From Coprobacillaceae bacterium (lineage in GTDB: Bacteria > Bacillota_I > Bacilli_A > Erysipelotrichales > Coprobacillaceae), in assembly GCA_963675915.1 (NCBI GenBank), contig OY780959.1:120001-152000 (forward strand): DNA of 32,000 nt. The letters are read 5' to 3'. The notes under the pieces were generated by a model. It was given only the letters and a program-made list of their open reading frames with translations. It was not told the DNA's origin and did no database searches. Made by a program: the position numbers and the translations under genes. Each line of letters opens with the position of its first letter. The first letter of the stretch is position 1. Below, in pieces: positions 29,390 through 32,000 of the stretch.

Positions 29390-30685
29390 TTAGCACCAGA
29401 TGGTGTAAATTACAAATGCTGAAAAAATTCCGGCGACAACCGCAATGGCTGCCCCAATTTTAATGAAACTGATTCTATGAAAATCAATGCTTTCCATGAC
29501 AACTATTGTGGCCTGATGAGTCGGAATGACAATTCCCATACTTGCACCTGCAGCCACCGCCATCAAAAGGGCATCGGGACTAAATGGGACGGCACCGGCG
29601 CGCCACAAGGCTATGGCAATCGGAGCCATCAATACCGCAGCAACCGAATTGTCGAGGATATTGGCAAACAAGGCTGAGATGAAAAGAAAAGTCAATATCA
29701 TCATAAATGGCGGAAGAGTTGTGAAAAGCGGGCTTATCAGGTTTACTACAGCTTCCAGGGCCCCGGTTTCCTCGAGGGTTGCCGAGATGCCAAACATGCT
29801 GCCTAAAAAAATGATAATGGGGGTGTTGATATGATCAAGAGCGTTTTTGTAGGACAGTACCCCTGAAAAAATCCAGACCAGGGTTATGACACCAAATGCT
29901 ATCGCGGGGTGGATGAGCCTGATACTGGTCAAAAAAACAATCGGAACAAGCGTTAATATAACAATCATACTTTTCTTTTTGTTTCGAGGAACTGCCTGTT
30001 CGATCTCGTGTTGCGATTCTTGGTCAATCGTTTCGTTAACCAAGGCGGCTTTTTCCAGCGGCCTTAGCCCACAAACCCGGCAAATAAAAAGTACGGCGAT
30101 ACCCGAGATTACCAAGGCCAATCCATGGATTGAAAAATCAAACATCCGGAACTGTTCACCAAACGCATTCATTCGATAGGTTGATACAATCAGGTTGGAC
30201 GCCGTTCCAATAAGTGTAAGCGATCCTCCGAGTATCGATGCATATGCAATCGGAATTCCAAACGCGGATTGGGAGGCTTTTGCCCTTTTCGCCATTCTTT
30301 TGGCAGTCGGAAGCACAATCCCGATTGCGCCTACATTATTCATGAACGATGAGATGAATACGGTTGAAACAAAGAGGGCAAAGATCTGATTCTTGTATTT
30401 ATGGATCCGGCTCGCTATTTTTTTTCCAAACCCGGTGAATAATCCCGATTCAACAATTCCGGAACTCATCACCAGAACCGTTGCGATGGTAAAAAGGGCT
30501 GGTGAAGCAAAACCTGAGAAAAGTTGTCCCGGTGTTCTTAGTCCCAAAATACCCAGGACCAAAAGACCACCAAATGCAGTCAGATCATATCTGATTTTTC
30601 CGGATATAATGGAGAATAAAACCACTAAAAGAACAAGCCACGTTACAGCTTGCTGCCAATTTTCAACTATGCCGATGAGACTCAC
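29390..30685 (-). CDS. anion permease of the CitMHS/SLC13 (ArsB/NhaD superfamily) type
   Basis: About 11-12 TM helices with duplicated halves joined by a short hydrophilic linker; no TrkA-C domains. The GTG start directly abuts GGAG, so the exact start is uncertain. Confidence 0.65.
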   Translation of the reverse strand: MSLIGIVENWQQAVTWLVLLVVLFSIISGKIRYDLTAFGGLLVLGILGLRTPGQLFSGFASPALFTIATVLVMSSGIVESGLFTGFGKKIASRIHKYKNQIFALFVSTVFISSFMNNVGAIGIVLPTAKRMAKRAKASQSAFGIPIAYASILGGSLTLIGTASNLIVSTYRMNAFGEQFRMFDFSIHGLALVISGIAVLFICRVCGLRPLEKAALVNETIDQESQHEIEQAVPRNKKKSMIVILTLVPIVFLTSIRLIHPAIAFGVITLVWIFSGVLSYKNALDHINTPIIIFLGSMFGISATLEETGALEAVVNLISPLFTTLPPFMMILTFLFISALFANILDNSVAAVLMAPIAIALWRAGAVPFSPDALLMAVAAGASMGIVIPTHQATIVVMESIDFHRISFIKIGAAIAVVAGIFSAFVIYTIWC

Positions 30686-30936
30686 CTCCAGTTTATAATG
30701 TTTTCTGTTTATCTTTTAAGCTATTATGGGTGCTTCGAATGCAATGTAAATCAGCTCGCTTGATGGGCCGTGATATCTTGGTGATGGGGATCCCGGTTTT
30801 CATGATTATGGATGCGGGATTTTGGTTTGGGTCAATTAACTGACGCTGATATCCTTAAATCCGGACAGGTTGGCCAAAAGTGGCGATAGCCCCGGTCAAT
30901 AGGATACTCAAGGATTTAACTTTCGATTGGGATTTA

Positions 30937-30956
30937 CATCTTGAATATTCAAGATG
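30937..30956. promoter_or_regulatory. perfect 20-bp palindrome CATCTTGAATATTCAAGATG at about +11 to +30 of the operon promoter; candidate operator or 5' stem-loop
   Basis: Read directly from the sequence. It lies just downstream of the -10 element. Confidence 0.5.
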
Positions 30957-30974
30957 AGTTATCCTTATGCCTTC

Positions 30975-31003
30975 ATTATATCGCCTTAAAGGAGCAAGTA
31001 CAA
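30975..31003 (-). promoter_or_regulatory. sigma-A promoter of the sulfur operon
   Basis: On the minus strand: TTGTAC, 17 nt, then TATAAT. Confidence 0.65.
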
Positions 31004-31133
31004 CATCAAATATAACTTAAGGCTCATTATGTGCAGATATGTTTCTTTTTGGTGATGTTCTTTGCTTAATCAGGGGCGGTTAGGAGCAATGAGATCATCC
31101 TGCAATGAAAAAACAATAAAAAAGGAAAAGCGA

Positions 31134-32000
31134 TCAGTAAATTCGCTTTCCCATATCGGTGACGTCGTATGCCTGAAGGGCGGATACTTGTTCTTTAAAT
31201 TCATTGGATTGGATGATTTTTATCATTTGATCGATTTCCGGCCGGTCCAAATCACTTTTTCGCACCGCCAGATCATATTTTTCATTTTTAATGAAGATAA
31301 AATCGATGTTAGGAATCTGGGCGGCAATCCCCTTGGTTCCCCAGGCACAATCGGCTCCACCTTTTGAAATCAAAGCTGCAGCTGCCAAATGGGAATTAAC
31401 GGTTCTTGAATAACCGTTGACGGATTCGGGTTTTATCCTAGCTGACTTGATCAGGGAATCGGTAAGGACCCGAATTCCGCTGCCGCGTTCGCGATTAACC
31501 ATTGATACATCATCGCGGGCCAGGTCTTCAATCCCGGTTATTTTTTTAGGATTCCCTTTTTGAACGTAAATTCCGACCGGACGGTCGACAATATGATACA
31601 GACATACTTCTTCACCGGGAAGCAGGCTTTTAATGAAGGGAATGTTATATGTATCGGTTTCCATATCCCATAGATGAGTAGTGGCCACGGTAACATTACG
31701 CTTATACATGGAATAAAGGCCGTTATAGCTTCCTTGGTATGATCTGATAAATTGGGTTCCCTGAATCCTCTGGTTGACAGCTGATGAAAGCATATCAATT
31801 ATCAAATCCTGACCGCAGACGATGATGTTATTGGAAGAGTTGGCGGCATCGGTGGTTTTCACATCCTGATCAATGGTGGTGATAGTATCTTCCAAAGCCG
31901 GGGTTGAACTTGGTGGGGCCGGATCCAATAAAGCGTAAACATCGGATTCCCATATCCTAAACTGTTTTCCGACTTTGGTTGCCGGTAACCGGTTTTTTTT
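31134..32000 (-). CDS. transcriptional regulator with excisionase-type HTH plus PBP-like (PF12727-like) substrate-binding domain; 5' end lies beyond the window
   Basis: The frame stays open upstream of the track's TTG to base 32000 and reads ...NRLPATKVGKQFRIWESDVYALL, an excisionase-family HTH. The remainder resembles a periplasmic-binding-protein-like domain. Confidence 0.6.
   Translation of the reverse strand, partial: KKNRLPATKVGKQFRIWESDVYALLDPAPPSSTPALEDTITTIDQDVKTTDAANSSNNIIVCGQDLIIDMLSSAVNQRIQGTQFIRSYQGSYNGLYSMYKRNVTVATTHLWDMETDTYNIPFIKSLLPGEEVCLYHIVDRPVGIYVQKGNPKKITGIEDLARDDVSMVNRERGSGIRVLTDSLIKSARIKPESVNGYSRTVNSHLAAAALISKGGADCAWGTKGIAAQIPNIDFIFIKNEKYDLAVRKSDLDRPEIDQMIKIIQSNEFKEQVSALQAYDVTDMGKRIY

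Noticed and set aside
30739-30843. Plus-strand mini-ORF (MQCKSARLMGRDILVMGIPVFMIMDAGFWFGSIN) antisense to the leader.
   Set aside because: No RBS and no supporting context.
30720-30900. Possible decayed TusA/YeeD-like gene in the operon leader. The minus-strand frame reads ...IDRGYRHFWPTCPDL...NRDPHHQDI..., with CP-to-DP spacing similar to TusA.
   Set aside because: The frame has no start codon and two in-frame TGA stops, and TGA is clearly used as a stop elsewhere in the window. The residues between the motifs are hydrophilic and His-rich rather than beta-strand-like. The resemblance is probably coincidental; at most this is a pseudogene.
31062-31367. 101-aa plus-strand ORF overlapping the 3' end of the regulator gene.
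   Set aside because: It is antisense to a gene with recognisable domains and has no RBS.

Overview
AT-rich, Firmicutes-style chromosomal segment: GGAGG-type ribosome-binding sites (RBS), hairpin plus T-run terminators, and TGA, TAA and TAG all used as stops. All protein calls rest on motif recognition by eye; no searches were run.

Housekeeping and accessory metabolism:
- 3' end of aspA
- a LytTR regulator plus membrane-partner pair
- two tandem Cys/Met-family PLP enzymes
- a beta-glucoside locus: PRD/EII-domain regulator, orphan PTS EIIC and a GH1 6-phospho-beta-glucosidase
- an RpiR regulator and a lipoprotein esterase
- an OYE/NamA reductase, a ketopantoate-reductase-family protein and an M20 amidohydrolase
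- a second GH1 gene
- a minus-strand sulfur operon: CitMHS/SLC13-like permease, MBL-rhodanese (CstB-like) fusion and split YeeE/YedE, next to a regulator with an excisionase-type HTH and a PBP-like domain

Three mobile elements are interleaved with these genes:
1. An IS110-family element (transposase 4204-5412) with a roughly 430-nt structured upstream non-coding arm. This arm is a candidate bridge-RNA region.
2. A group II intron (5' GTGCG at 15818, RT/maturase 16462-17886, domain V 17925-17957, 3' end at 21314). It sits immediately after the intrinsic terminator of the esterase gene.
3. A 3.3-kb four-gene transposon (17976-21288) nested inside that intron's domain VI. It has TGT...ACA ends, 24-bp imperfect inverted repeats and a 5-bp CTTAG target duplication. 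It encodes a Mu/Tn7-type DDE transposase, an ExeA/TniB-like ATPase, a zinc-ribbon protein and a 102-aa unknown protein.

The nested transposon and its two uncharacterised accessory genes are the most interesting part of the window. I saw no rRNA, tRNA or CRISPR array.
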